Source of the DNA: Lingula anatina
Lineage: Eukaryota > Animalia > Brachiopoda
Reading direction: 5' to 3'
Assembly: GCA_051362555.1 (NCBI GenBank)
Contig: CM120640.1
Coordinates: 52,678,788-52,742,787 of the forward strand
Length of the DNA stretch: 64,000 nt
Positions 1-36,500 of the stretch are shown here, piece after piece (the stretch's first letter is position 1; every line of letters starts with the position of its first letter). Under the pieces are notes generated by a model, which did no database searches, was not told where the DNA came from, and saw only the letters and a program-made list of their open reading frames with translations. Position numbers and translations under genes: made by a program.

Positions 1-1770
1 GCTTCCAGAAGTAATGGAGAGATTCAGAAAAATAGTTTTCTTCCAGTTTAATTAAGATTTGATCACTTTGTTCATTGCAAATGTCAACCCTTTTCTTTAG
101 AAGGTACAAAACAAAGCACAGTGCACCCTTGGGATGAATAACCAGAACTGTGCCAAATTTAATTTAAAAAAATGTTTCCAAAAAGGGTGAGTGGTTCCTT
201 CAGGAATTGACCACTTCTTGGGAGGTGCATTGCAAGTATAGGTAGAGGACCACACATTATCTTAGACCACACAGCATGGGCCAGCAGCAATACTACCCAT
301 TGATGTTGTGTTTTCTCTCTTGAATAATAAGATTAGCTGTGTTTTTGTTAGATAATTTGACAACAAATAATCCACCACGCTGGCAGACACAAGGAATAAT
401 ATGAGAAATGGTTTAGGTTACAGCTATGAAACAATAGCCACTGCTGTTATGCATGCATATATGAGGCATAACCACTACATGTGCTTCATAAGTACCTGGC
501 TAATGTTTTTTTGTTTTTTTTTTTACACAAATGCATGTGTTTTAAAAGCATCTATAGATATATGAAGCTTATAACAAAAGGTGTCCAGTTTTTTATCTGA
601 TTTGCAGACAGGATTATTAGGCTTGCATTATATGCTAATTTCACTTATATTTTGCGTCCCAGGAGAATCATTTTGCAAAACAAATCCCACTGTGAAAGGT
701 CACTGATTTTATGAGTTGACAGTTAGGCCTGTAGTTGTCATAAGTATTATTTCCACTTTCTGGTTTTCCTTCCTCAACAAAAACCACATTGTTGCTCAAT
801 CGGTAGCAAGGTATTTCCCTCTTGTTTGGTTCACTTCCAGCTGTACTGCTATCTTATTTATTCCAAAGCTGCAAGGATGCACAGTCAATTTCCAGAGGCT
901 ATGTTGTTTTTCTTTTATTGTAAAAATATGCAGTGACTAAAACCAAAAAGAGGAAATGCTAGTGAAGTGTGGAAGTGTTTTCATATTTATAATTATTTAG
1001 ATATATGCCTCCTGGGTGTTCTTTAACTTTTTGATGCCAAGTAACTGTAGTTTCTTTTTCTTGTGCCCAAATTGACATGTTTATTTTATCTGGCTATGAT
1101 AGTAGATTTTAATCTTACCCTCCAGTAAGCGTAAAATTGTTAATAAAAGGATAACTGGTGAAAAGATGAAGCTACAGAAGTTGTTCAACTTAAGTGGAAT
1201 GTACCCTTACAAGTTTGCTTTGAGTTAACATGGGTGTGGGTATATAGTTTGTTCAACCTTTGCTCTGTGGTTTAAATCTTGCCAACAGTATATGTGGCAA
1301 TGATTTTCCAATTATTAAAGAATTAACTGGAGCTTAGTTTTCCAATCACATGGATCATTAGGGTTTGGTGAATGTATCCCCTGGACACTATGGTAGAACA
1401 TGGCTGTGAATACTAGTATATGATGATGGAAATTTAGGCTTGCAATTGTTGAGACATTTCACTTTAACATTAAGTTTATGGCAGCAACTGTGAAATTATT
1501 CACATTTGGTTTTATACTTATCATGGCCTAAAACACACACACCCCCCCCCCCTCACCTCGCCCCCACCTCCTCTGGTTACAAATATTTTGATAGAAAAGC
1601 ATTGATATGCTTGAGTGTCTGCATAGTCAAACATAATCCAAGGATTGATGTTCCATCACACGCATATGTTGGTACCTATGATTGTTGTGCAAAGCAAGCA
1701 TATTTTTTTAGATTTTACTTGATTAAAAATATGATTTGAACATTTGATCTCTTTCTTCTTTTATTTCCAG

Positions 1771-24181
<22,411 letters not shown>

Positions 24182-25975
24182 CACTCACAAGGCTATGCAA
24201 AATCAAAAGCAACATAAATGGTGCTTTATACCTTAACATTTCCCCCCCAAAAAAACGGTGAAAATAGAAGACTGAATGTGATATATGGTACTTCAAATGT
24301 TTGAACCTATTCAGTGTATTTTTAAACATATTATCATTACAAGTAATCCCACTGAATTGAAACAGAGTCAAAATAGGCTATTATAGAGATAGTGTGCTGT
24401 GTAGACTATCATAAAGACAGCTAAACTGAGCAATTTTTTTCTGACAGATTTGGTGGAGACTGAAGGAACTAGCATACTGGTAGTTCTGAAACAGGCATTT
24501 CACCAAACTCTTTTAATGAAAATATTGCTTATTATTTTCAAGCATCCAGGTTTTGTAGGATAAGGAAAAATAATGTACTTTCTTAAAAATTAATCTACAT
24601 TTTTAACATTTAACAGGCTCTCTTGTATCAACTTCAGTTAGTCTTGTTGAGAAAGCAAGACATCAATTAGAAAGATTATAGTTAAATTTCCTTTTTAAAA
24701 ATGCCTTAATTTTGCATGTTTTTGTGATATTATCAATTTTCAACATTATTGATTTATTAAGTCCAGGTTCATCAATGCCTTGTTGCAGGGCTGTGGTTAA
24801 TGAGGATACATTTTAGTATCTTCATCTATTCATTTGTCACAATTACTGCTTTTTAATCGGTGTCCAGCGGGTTTTTATGCATATTCCCATTAACAATGCA
24901 ATTCATGTTATCAGTCCACAATACAGCTGAAGTATTCATTGTCCCGTTGTCCAGTGTTTACTGTCTGTTTTAAGACTTTTTTCCTTTACATCTTGTAGGC
25001 TTTGTGGAACAGTTTTTAAATTGCCTCTTTTTACATCAATGTTGTGACCAAAAGCATCCTCAGCAGTGTTTCTGTCAACTGAAAACCTCATCAGTGATTG
25101 CTGTGGTGATTGGGTATTGTATGTATGGATGTAGAGGATTATGCCATTTTACTGGCCTGTGAATATAGTAATAACTTATTTCTCCATATCCTCCCTGGGA
25201 GAGTTGGAAACTAAAAATTCTACTGGTCTATGTAGGGTAAGCACCCTGAAAAGTACTACTTAGGATAAGAAATGTATTTGTAAATAGTTTCTTACTTCTA
25301 ATAAAATAAGAATGATATTACTCTTCATAATTTATAGTTCTTACATCACTAATTTTGTTGCAGATATGCAATGGCATCATTTCTGTTCTTTTCTTGATTT
25401 ACAGACGCCATTTTAAAGCATACCAAGGTGCAGGATAATTGAAACATTGCTTTTTGTTTTCATTCATATGAACACAAAGGACTTTCAGTAGATATTCTGT
25501 ACAGTACCTGTTGGATCATCTGATACAGCCGTTTTAATTTTTAATAAGCAAACCGTTTATGAATCACTTGGGCATAAAAAGAATTTAAGATGTTTATTTT
25601 ATTTCACAGCAGGGTCTGTAAATCAAGAAAAAATCACTCGCAAAAATACAAAGCCAAAAGTTAATTTATGCACTGTGTGCAATCCATTCCCAGTTAAATC
25701 AGGAAATAAGAGAAAAGGCTCACCCCAACTGGCTTGATATTTGGTTGTTACCCAGACATACAATGCTAGTATCTCAGGGTGAGACCAAATCCTCAGGCAA
25801 CATTTAGTTATATCATCTTCTGCAAATTTCAGTTTTTTAAAGGTTTTAAACTGAAAACTTCACCATCTATTGTATTAATAGAAACTGGTACATGGTGTTT
25901 GAAAATCATTAATCTGTATATCGAACTTTTCAGACCGATTTGTATTTTCAAATCTATATGTATTTTTCTTATCTA

Positions 25976-26018
25976 AATAAAGAGTGTAGACCATATTTGT
26001 TAAGTTCATTGATTTATT
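25976..26018. terminator. Convergent candidate poly(A) signals (+ AATAAA 25976-81; - AATAAA 26013-18)
   Basis: Opposite-strand AATAAA hexamers about 30 nt apart, between the kinase and CDKAL1 stop codons. Confidence 0.4.
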
Positions 26019-26380
26019 TTTGCCACAAGTATAATTAATAATATGCTGTTTTGATTTTTAAAAAAAGTGCTTGTGATAAAATTTACATGTTATTTAAAAA
26101 TGACTTGTATGCAAGAACTTTTCTTTGACGTAGATTTAATGTTTGTGGGTCATTTTTATCCTAAAATACATCCAACCAGCCATTTTGAGTAAATCATGCA
26201 TAAATATGAAAACTGCTGATTAAATCTGTGTTTGAAGAAGTGTCATATATGTATCAGTAACATATGCATAAGACACAGTTGTACCACACACTAACACTCC
26301 TTCCAAACTTCATTTCAAATTAGCAATTGGTCATCACCACATCCTGTGAGCTTCTGTAGCAGTCCACATTTTCATATTTG

Positions 26381-29300
26381 CTACCTCATTGTGGGCATTA
26401 ATTTCATAGCAAGTCTTATCAATATTGCACACACCAGAATCACTACTGCAGCAGTGGACCATTTGGACGTCCAGTGACCAGAGCTGGACACCTTAAAAGA
26501 TAAGGCAGAAAGACATCAGAGATATAAATACTCAGAATTAACAGCATTGAGTATCAAGTTAAATAAAATCAACCACTAAACTTTCCTTACAACTTTCCCA
26601 ACTTCAAAAAAACTAAAAGTCAGTTACAGTAACTTCACTATATATCATCTGCAAATTTATATGAGCATGCATCGATGGTCATTACATTTTTCCTAGGATG
26701 GGAGTGGAGTCAACCAACTGTTGCTGTAAAGGTGTCAGCACTAGTACCTTCTCTTCTTGTAGGCCCGAGACTGCACCCTGTCTCAAAGGTGGGGGCACAC
26801 CCTCTGGTCTTACAGCCTGGGTCTTAAGGAGCTCACCAATTAAGTAATGCTTTCCAGTCTCTTTTATTTTCACTTCCACCAACTTTCCTAGTAAATGTTC
26901 TTCTTTAGGGACAAGAACCTGAGAAAAGAATCAAGTAAAAATGGAATCAATCAAAGTGGGTAAAAAATTACTTGTCTTCACGTCAATACTTCCAACAATT
27001 TTAACCTTAAATTTTTATCAAAGCTGCTAATGTTCGTAGAACAAACTTAATAAAGTGCCTACACTGAAGTATGTGAAACCTCATGAGTAAAGAAGTCTTG
27101 ACACATAGTTATATAGCCCAAATATATATTCTTATTAAAACAAAAATGGCATCACATTAAACACACTGGCAATGATAAAATGAACTTCAGTATCCCTTCA
27201 ATTTGCTGTTAACTGCATGAGGTTAATACCTGATCGTAGCACTTGTTATGTCCAACATAGTACTGCTTGTCATGCGATACCTCAGTCACAAGGACAGTCT
27301 GAATCTCACCCAACTAAAATGACAGTAATGAAAATATTTTTAAAAAAACTCTATCCAAAATTATTTACACCTATTTCATTTCAAAATGTCATCTCACAAA
27401 AAGCATCTTTTCCATAAAACCTGGGGGTACTGATACAGTATGTGATTAAAGAATATAACAATTAAGAGTTACAAATGCAGAAAAAAAATTATACCACCAT
27501 TCAAGAAATCAACCAAAAAGGCTTTATTTTCAAATTTGAACAGGGTATTGTATTAGAAAAACTGATTTTTAGATTTTAGTATAGAACACTTCAAATTTGG
27601 TGCAAACCACAAAACTAAGGCCTTCAAGATCTTGACGAAAACGGGAAGTGCATCATGACATCATTTAATTGTATTTGTGCAAATGTGAAGAAAATAGGGA
27701 TACAGATTTTAAAAGGATAAAACTGTGTTATAAGACAAATGAAATTGAAATCCTACATAGCGCTAAGACATTACATGCATCATTATATGCAAAGTAAACA
27801 AGCAAGTAAACTTGTTCAATACTTTGAATCAGACGTTTTTACTGACCACACAGGGAGTTTGCGCTATGCATTCTGTGAAAACCAGCATAAAATATGCACT
27901 TCAGTTTGCATAGAATTCTTGCAAGGATAAGTCTATAACCCTTGAAGAGAAAATACAAAGTAGATTTTACTGTTACTGCAGCAAAGCCCAAAATGTGAAA
28001 AAATTACCTTATGATCATATGGCCTATATGACTGAAACAGTTCTGAAACTCTCTTAGTTCTCTTTTTCACCTGTAACAAGAATCAAAATATTTCAATAGA
28101 AAAGGAGCATTTTCAGTAAGATTTGGATATCAATGTCGCAATTTTTCATAAGAAAAAAAAAGGTAAATATTTCCTCACAATGTAAGAATTTGAAGAACAT
28201 GAAAACCTTAGAAGAAAATAACACATTGTGCTGACACACGATCATACTGCTATAAAATACAACAAATCAAACTACTCCAGATAATTTTCACTTCCAAGCT
28301 ATCCTGTGCAGTCTATAATTTACCTCCTGTGGATGTATCCTAGGCATCCTGGCTGCTGGGGTGCCTGGTCTGGGGAAAAACTGGTTGATGAATAAACTGG
28401 GAAACTTGAATTCTTCAACTAACTTCATAGTCTCTTCAAAGTCCTAAAATGACAATACTAAAGATTATATTTTAGCAGCTGAGATTTATTAATAACATAA
28501 GATATAGTTTCAGAAAAATTTTAATTAATTGTCTGCAATAAACTTCAACAGCATTTTTAGAGATTTAAAACAATGCTTTGTTCCATTGTCAAATATGATG
28601 AAAACCTGTGACCAAAAGACAGCATTAGGATTACCATCCAACTTCCAATTGAACTTCAACAATTCTGGCCTTTTTTACCTGTTCTGTTTCAGTTGGAAAA
28701 CCACATATAAGATCTGTTGCAATTGTGACTCTAGGTACTCTGAAAGGCAAATAAATAACTCATTTTCATTTTTATACATTGAAGCTTCATACTCATTTAT
28801 ATACAGAAAACATCTAATAGAATTACAACGAAGATAAATGGTGGGCTTCACCAACCACAGATGACACCATTCATACATCACCAATAAAAACTTTTTCTTA
28901 CAGTGAACCTTAGCCTAGCTTGTCAAATGCATTTGCCACAATTCATGTCCCCAAAAACACTATATCAATTTGACATATTGAACAAATATATAAACTCAAA
29001 TCAAGGGCCAAAGAGTAAGTATTCTGTCTTCAAAAATAGAAGTTCCTCCTGAGAAGCTCTTTATCCCACTTTGTCCCATATTTTTATCGAAAGGAAAGAA
29101 GATTTATGGCAAACCTTTCTTTGAGAAAATTGACCACATGTTTAAAGTCATCTACACAGTATTCTCTTCTCATATCCATGAGTACACTGTCTGAGGCTGA
29201 CTGAACAGGAACATGCAGGAAGGAATATACCCTGGGATGGTTCAGGATCTTTGCCATTTCCTATAACAATTTTATTAATATAGAAATATTCAATCTTATA

Positions 29301-32300
29301 TTTCATTTCGAAGTTTTTGAAGCGACAAAATGGTCACTTAATATGTATGACATTTTATTAGGGAAACAATTGTCAGTTGTATACAATATTGCATGTAATA
29401 AGCAATCTCAGGAAAATATTGCTGTTCAAAAATGTAGGAAACCATCAATTTACTTTGATATTACAAAAATATTTTATACAGTCAAAGCAAATAACTGAAT
29501 TCTAACAGCTTTTCAGTGTCCCCAGAAAAACAATATTTAACATAAATGGTATGTTTCTCCAACTAGACAATTGAACATTTTTTATACAATAATACTACTA
29601 TTAATGTTTCAGTGCTTTAATTCTTATGCCTTGAAAAACATAAATGTAGCTTGTCACGTCATAAGTAGAACTTACTTCTAGATGCTGCAAGATATATGGT
29701 GGGTTTGTCATGCCAAGTCTCATCCTGGCACCCTCTGGTATTGTGTCAACAAGTCTCCACAGCAGTTCAGGTAATGTGACTCCAATGTCTATACCATAGG
29801 CACCCAAGTCCTCAGATGTCAGCCAGATTTCTACTACCCCCTCTGAATTGCACAATACATATACACAACTTTATAAGGAAATGCACAACAACTGAGCTGT
29901 GGTCCAATTTTATAAACAATTGGAACTGATTTGTAAATAACAAACTCATACCAACATTTACCCAATGTCAAATCACAACAACGAGAAAAAAATCACTTGT
30001 GTTGTACTTATACAGTAGAACAATTACTACTAAACAAGATCTGATATCTCAAAATGACACAATGGCTTCTAAATGGCACACGGCCGTGCTAATGAGGCTG
30101 CAGTGGAGCTGTGATACTCTAGTACCACTGAAAGGCCATGAAATATTGCTAGGGTGTGTTTGGGTTTTACCTTCAAAAGACTGTTTGGCCCTGGCTACAA
30201 TGTCTTCTATTGAATAACTTCCTAGTTCTCCTCTTGCATGCTTTGTTTTGCAGTAAGTGCAAGCATTCAGACACCTATAATAATCAGCTTTTTTTACACA
30301 TGTAAGCTACAGAGGCAATTATTGAAAAATGGCAAATGGCTTACCATGATAAAATTACCACTTTCTCTTTCTATCAAATGTTTTACAAAATAATCAACCT
30401 ATCAAATGTTCAAAGTATCATTCTATCAACTTTATCAATCTATCAAATGTTTTACAATAAGAATTTGATTGATAGTTGTGTCCCATGTATAATACAGACA
30501 TTGCGAGCTGCCATGAAAGGTGAGCAGATAGTAACAATGCTAGGTATGCTTCAGATATACAGACAGTATGACATAACAGCAGAATACAAAGGACTTTTTA
30601 CCCTGTGTTAATGGCTATAATCTCTATTAATGGGTTCTTTCTTATCTTGGGTAAGCTCAGATCAGCACCTCCAGTCTTTTTCCCCTCCTGCTTCTTTTGA
30701 CCAAATAAACGTACTGAGTGACCTGGGCCAAACAACAAATGGAACATAACATGAACATGTAACACTCAATCTATAAATAATTCCCAATTTCATTCAAAGG
30801 TACATTGAATAGCTGAATATGCTAGCAATATATTTACTGACCAGTGCCTTCTTTTACATAACATTATTCTTTAAAATTACAAATTAATTAATGAAGTAGT
30901 AAAAATATGTAAGCTAGTAACTTAAACATAACATAAAAAATCTACATTGGTTGGGTGTTCTCACCTTTGATGGTTTCTTCCACTACCTCCACCACTCTAT
31001 CTATCTGTTGCACACCAATAACACTTAGGCCCTGAAGAAATGTGTACATAATGCTTTATACAACTAATACAACTTCAGAAGAAAGTAATGTAGTGTTCCA
31101 GTAGATTTGTGTTCAGATTGCAGACCTGTACAACATTTAGTCCACATTCTAATACAGACCACATAAATATTTAAGGTGTGCCATTTGCTTTTGACATTGT
31201 CCCAAAGTATAATTTTTTTGTGCAGATATCCTGCAAAGCTACTTTTCTTTTCCAACAAAACCTTCTAAATAATAAGACCACTCAAAATAAAAGTACCTAA
31301 TGTCGATATTTCCTTTTGAAATGTCAGGGAAACATGGCATCTAAATAAATCATGATTTATTAGGAACCAGTCGGAACAAAGTAATCTTTGCAGAAAAGGT
31401 ACAAAACAACCAAATCAAAGGACAGGGACAGAATGTGGAATATGAGAAAATTCAAACTTTCTTGGTGAAAATTAGGTTTGGTGTGATAAGTCTTTATAGG
31501 ATGCCTTTGAACTACATACTCATGACAAGACAGCAGATTTCTTCCATACATTATCCACACAAAACACCCCTAGTCCTAGTTTAAAACTATCAATTAAAAT
31601 ATTTATCACTTGCTCAACATTACTAGTAATTCCTCCATTTTGGATACAAAAAGAAAATTTTCAAACTGTGGAATTTATTTTTAAAATAAATTAAAATATT
31701 TTTCACTAACATAAAAACATTATGGTCTTGACTACAACATTATGACCAATGAAACAAAAGTAAGTTTCCATTATGTTAGAGAGTCTATTTACCAATACCC
31801 ACTTGTAGATAGTCTGCTCTGGGTTGTCCCTGGGGCACACAGCCGGCTACCACTAAGTGTTTCTGGAGATCTCTTGCCTTCTTTATTTCATTTCTAAAAT
31901 GGTCTTCAGCAGGGTTTTTCACAGTGCAGCTGTTTAATATCCACAAATCTGCCTCCTCTTTTTTGTCTGTAAATAGAGAAAAATGTTGCAATCAATCAAT
32001 CAATATATAGTGTGAAAATAGACAAAAAATCAAAATTGAGTAATAGCAATAAAATAGTGAAAATAGACAAAAAAAGTATGACTGTGTCATTAATTTAAAA
32101 CATATTTTAATGGAAATATGAAAATAAAGGTGATCTTGCCAACACTCATACAGGGATGGTAACTCGACAGCAAAAACAAACTCACCTACATGACTTTTAC
32201 TGCAAGACGAGCAGCATGACAGCACACTATGAACTTGTAGACTTACATGTACAGGACTTTAACTTAGCACATGCTTTGAAGTAAATATACAGTGGCTGTC

Positions 32301-33471
32301 ATTTTGTTTCATAATCTACCTTCTGTCAAACATAACAAAACATTTACTGTTACATACCTGTGATATTGTATCCAAAAGCTGCCAGTTGCCCTGCCATGTA
32401 CTCACTGTCAGAATTGTTATGAGAACATCCCCATGTCTTGAGGTAGATGCTCTGCATACCTGGAAACATTTAAAAAGCCATAAGCATGTGGTAATTATGT
32501 GCCTAAAATATCTATGAACTTTACATATCCATTCATCATTATATGTAGTCTTGGTAATAGATTGATGGATTTGACTTAACTTAGTCTTAAATTGTCTCCC
32601 CAAAAACTATAACTTTGCCTGCAATCACTTTCCCCATTCCTTTAAGACACCATAGGGAACATTTAAAAGACAGGGTAGAGCAGATTATCCAAGGAAAACT
32701 GTAACAATGAGACAACATATTTTTGGTGGCCAATATCACTCACTGGAGCAATGTACAGGGTCATTAGTTAAAAGGTAAGGGGAAAAATATTGATATTCTA
32801 ACCCAAAATACTGAGCCGCTAATACCGCTTCAGAAAAAATGTAATGAAGTGTGCCAGTAGATTTATGTTCAGATTGCAGACCTGTACAACATTTAGTCCA
32901 CATTCTCTGTCTCTGTGGTAGCATGCCTACTTAAAGCATCTGTATTTGCTTAGCAGACCTTGCTTTAGTCAGACTAGTCACGTGATTGTTTAAAACAGTG
33001 TTTTTGATGGTGGAATTGATAAATGCTGGGATGTGTCTAGTGGATTATCTGGGCTATATTGTGATTATGAGTGTGCATACTTTCTCTTAATCACCTATAA
33101 GACTTCTGCACTGTTCAAAAGTGTGCGAATAGGATGTAATGAAGAAAAATAAGAGAAAAAATGAGTGCTTCCCACTGACCCCTGTTGGCACCTGATAATC
33201 ATTCTAACATTACACAAGTTTATGTAAAAAAATGTTATAAGAAATGTTCAAGGCTTATTATTTTGACTTCATGTGAAGCATTGACATAAACAGTTTTTTG
33301 GAAAGGGGGCGTCAGTTCTATTAAGAATGAACTGTTAAATTAGGTATGAATTGCCTCTGTTTTTGGCCTTACAAGCTGACCAAAGGTATAAGGGTCCACA
33401 GCTCTTTGCCCTTGACAGTAATCCAGTTTTTCAGCCATGTACATATTGGAGGTAACAGGCTGTGCAAACAA

Positions 33472-33521
<50 letters not shown>

Positions 33522-36500
33522 GCAAACAACAACTCTAAGCCATTTTGGAGATATGCCAAATCTAAAAAACAGGCTAATGTCGGGGTTTCGATACCCAAAA
33601 AGAAAGGTTAACTATTCAGTGATGGTAAACCGAAAGCTGACATTCTAGTCAACCAGTTCAGTTCGGTGTTCACCTGGGATTCATCCACTAACATGCCATC
33701 GGTATATAGATCTTGTGTTTCAAAATTTTCTGATATCACCATCACTGAGGAGGGTGTCTTAAAATTACTTAAAAACATCCAAACTACTAAGGCACCAGGG
33801 CCTGATTCTATTCCTAACTGTGTCTTGAAAGAATGTGCAATCGTCCTCGCCCCAAGTATCACTGTTCACACTACTTTTCCAAAAGTCAATCGATACTGGT
33901 AGCCTACCTAGTGACTGGATTAATGCAAACATAGCACCAATCTTCAAGAAGGATGATTGTCATCTACCTGTATTATCGCCCAGTATCTTTGACATCCATG
34001 CTTAGTAAACTATTAGAACATAATGTATGTCACCATATGTTGCAATACTTTGAACAAAACAATATCTTGGCTTCTCTAAATCATGGCTTTCGTCCAGGAT
34101 ATTCGTGTGAAACACAGCTAGCAGTGACATTGGTCGACCTCACATCTAGCTTTGATCTTGGAACACAGACAGACATCACAATATACTAGATTTTTCTAAG
34201 GCATTCGATACGGTACCGCATAACAAACTACTCCAAAAGTTACACGTTTATGGGATACGAGGCAAAATACATCGGTGGATTGCATCTTTCTTGTGTAATC
34301 GTCAAATGAAGGTAGTTGTTGAAGGTGAGAGTACAAGAGAAGTGAATGTCGCGTCTGGAGTATCACAAGGGACAGTACTAGGCCCTCTTATCTTCCTTTG
34401 CCATATTAATGATCTATCAGACTCTGTAAATCCAAAGTACCCCTCTTCGCTGTTGATTCCCTACTACATGTATAATATCAGTCTGCGACGTTAAGCACTA
34501 GCCCGAGGCAATTGCCTACTTAAAGTGGCACCGGGCTAGTAAAAAAGTTGAAATTTTATAAAGCACTAGCCCGAATGGGCTAGTTGTAATTTTGAACCTA
34601 TTTTAACACTCAGTAAGATTTCAAAAATATAAGTCGCCAGTCTTCTTTGTCCCTGCCTCTAATTTGACGTTTCTAGATAGTATGACATGCTTCTCAGTTG
34701 TAAAAAACTCACACCTAGCTCTAACTACTGAATATTGATTAGTTGCTATAAATAACTTCACTGTAGTTATTTATAGCAGCAGTCTGTCTGATCAGCGTGT
34801 GGGCATCTTTTTATTTGACCAGTTTGTTGTCATGACTACAAATTGCTGTCAATCAAGAAACTGGATCAGACCAGAATTCCTTAGTACTAGCAACAGGTTT
34901 TGTCAAAACAACACCGTCTCCGAAGCAAGTGTTATCTCATAGAACATTTTGGTTAGGACCACTTAGCAGACTGAGGGGTGGAGTATTCTGTTTCCTTTTT
35001 TGTTTATCTTTTTTATTTATAATTTTAATATCCATGAGTAAATAGATTTTCCTTTGCTTATTGCCTTTTAAAAACAATAAGACCCTGGCAGTTACATAAA
35101 TACCCTATGAACTATTCTTGACGATGTGGGATAGTTCGGTTTATGCCATGGCTATCCCTCCACGCTTTGTCCTGGTAAAGTCCTTGAAAAGTTGTTTTTA
35201 CAAATATATAACCAAAAGAATTGTAACCAAAAAAATTGTAAGACATTTGTTTAATTACCCTTACAGCACCTATGTATTTTAAATTAGAATTGGCATTATA
35301 TACCGATGTAATTGGAAATAAATTGTCAGAAAAGAGCCATTGTCAATAAAAAGAATAAGAATTACAAAAAAGATTTTGATTGCGTATAAAAAATGGAAAA
35401 AAAGATATAAAAATATGAAAAGTAAGGGTAACTATATTCAGTATTACAAATTAAAAAAAAAGAATTTTTTCAATATTAAAAGAATTAAATATATTTTTAA
35501 TTCATTTTACCACCCCATCAACTGGAAATTAACCTGATTGACTTTGTTATTCACTTGCTCTACTTCTATGATAAGGTTTACAAGAAAGTACAGTGTGGTA
35601 CCACAACTCTTTACAACATCTGCTTAAACTTTTTAAATGATTATTTAAATTGGGCTAGTGTTTTTTGGTTCGGGCTGGTAAAGTTTGAGAGTCTGCTAGC
35701 CCGAAGGACTAGTAGTCTAAGAGTTTTTTGGCACAGACTGTAATATCTTTGAAAAAGACCACATAACTCATCAACAAGACCTCGTAGGCCTAGAAAACTT
35801 GGGTCACGAAATGGGGCATGTGATTCAATGCTACCAAATGTTACATTCTTAGTGTCCGCCAGAAATCTTCATTCTTGTACCAACTGGATAACACGGTACT
35901 TAAAAATGTCCAGACTAACCCATACTTAGGAGTCATGCTTTCTTCTGACCTGAAATGGTCAACTCACATAAACAACTTATGGTACCTGCGATACCTCCTG
36001 ACACTTACTTAGTACCAGCTTCCAACAAACGTCGCATAAGGGCTGAATCATTCACTGACTTTAATTCTGAAAATATTGTAAATAGTTCTAACAACAGTCG
36101 CTGTTACCGCTTACAACCCTGCAACACACCTGTCAGAAAAAACTCTTTCTTCGTCAGAACAGTTTCCGATTGGAATGGACTGAGTGATCAACAAGTTAAT
36201 GTTGAAACAGTGGTAGCCTTAAGATCAGGCCTACACAGTGACTAAGTTTCCCATGCACTCTCTTCTTTCCGTCTTTCTTATACCAGTAGTGGTCGTCTTA
36301 GACGTACAGTGTATATGGTCGGATACAGATACAGATACAAACACACACACACTTAGAATGTAAAATAACATTATGCTGTCAACTCTAGGAGTAAATATAT
36401 ATATACCTGGTATAATACTTTCGATATGTGTATTTTCAATTTCTTCATCATTACTTTTTCTTTTGTTTTTCGGTAGTATGAGTTTTTTTGTAACGTGTCT

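Noticed and set aside
668-840. Stop-free minus-strand frame (GSEPNKREIPCYRLSNNVVFVEEGKPE...) as a nested antisense exon
   Set aside because: No ATG, no pyrimidine tract before the AG, no recognisable homology and no partner exons found.
24910-25160. Minus-strand exon-like segment as an extra CDKAL1 coding exon
   Set aside because: CDKAL1 is already complete at 26381. The segment would need a weak donor overlapping the stop codon and has no homology.
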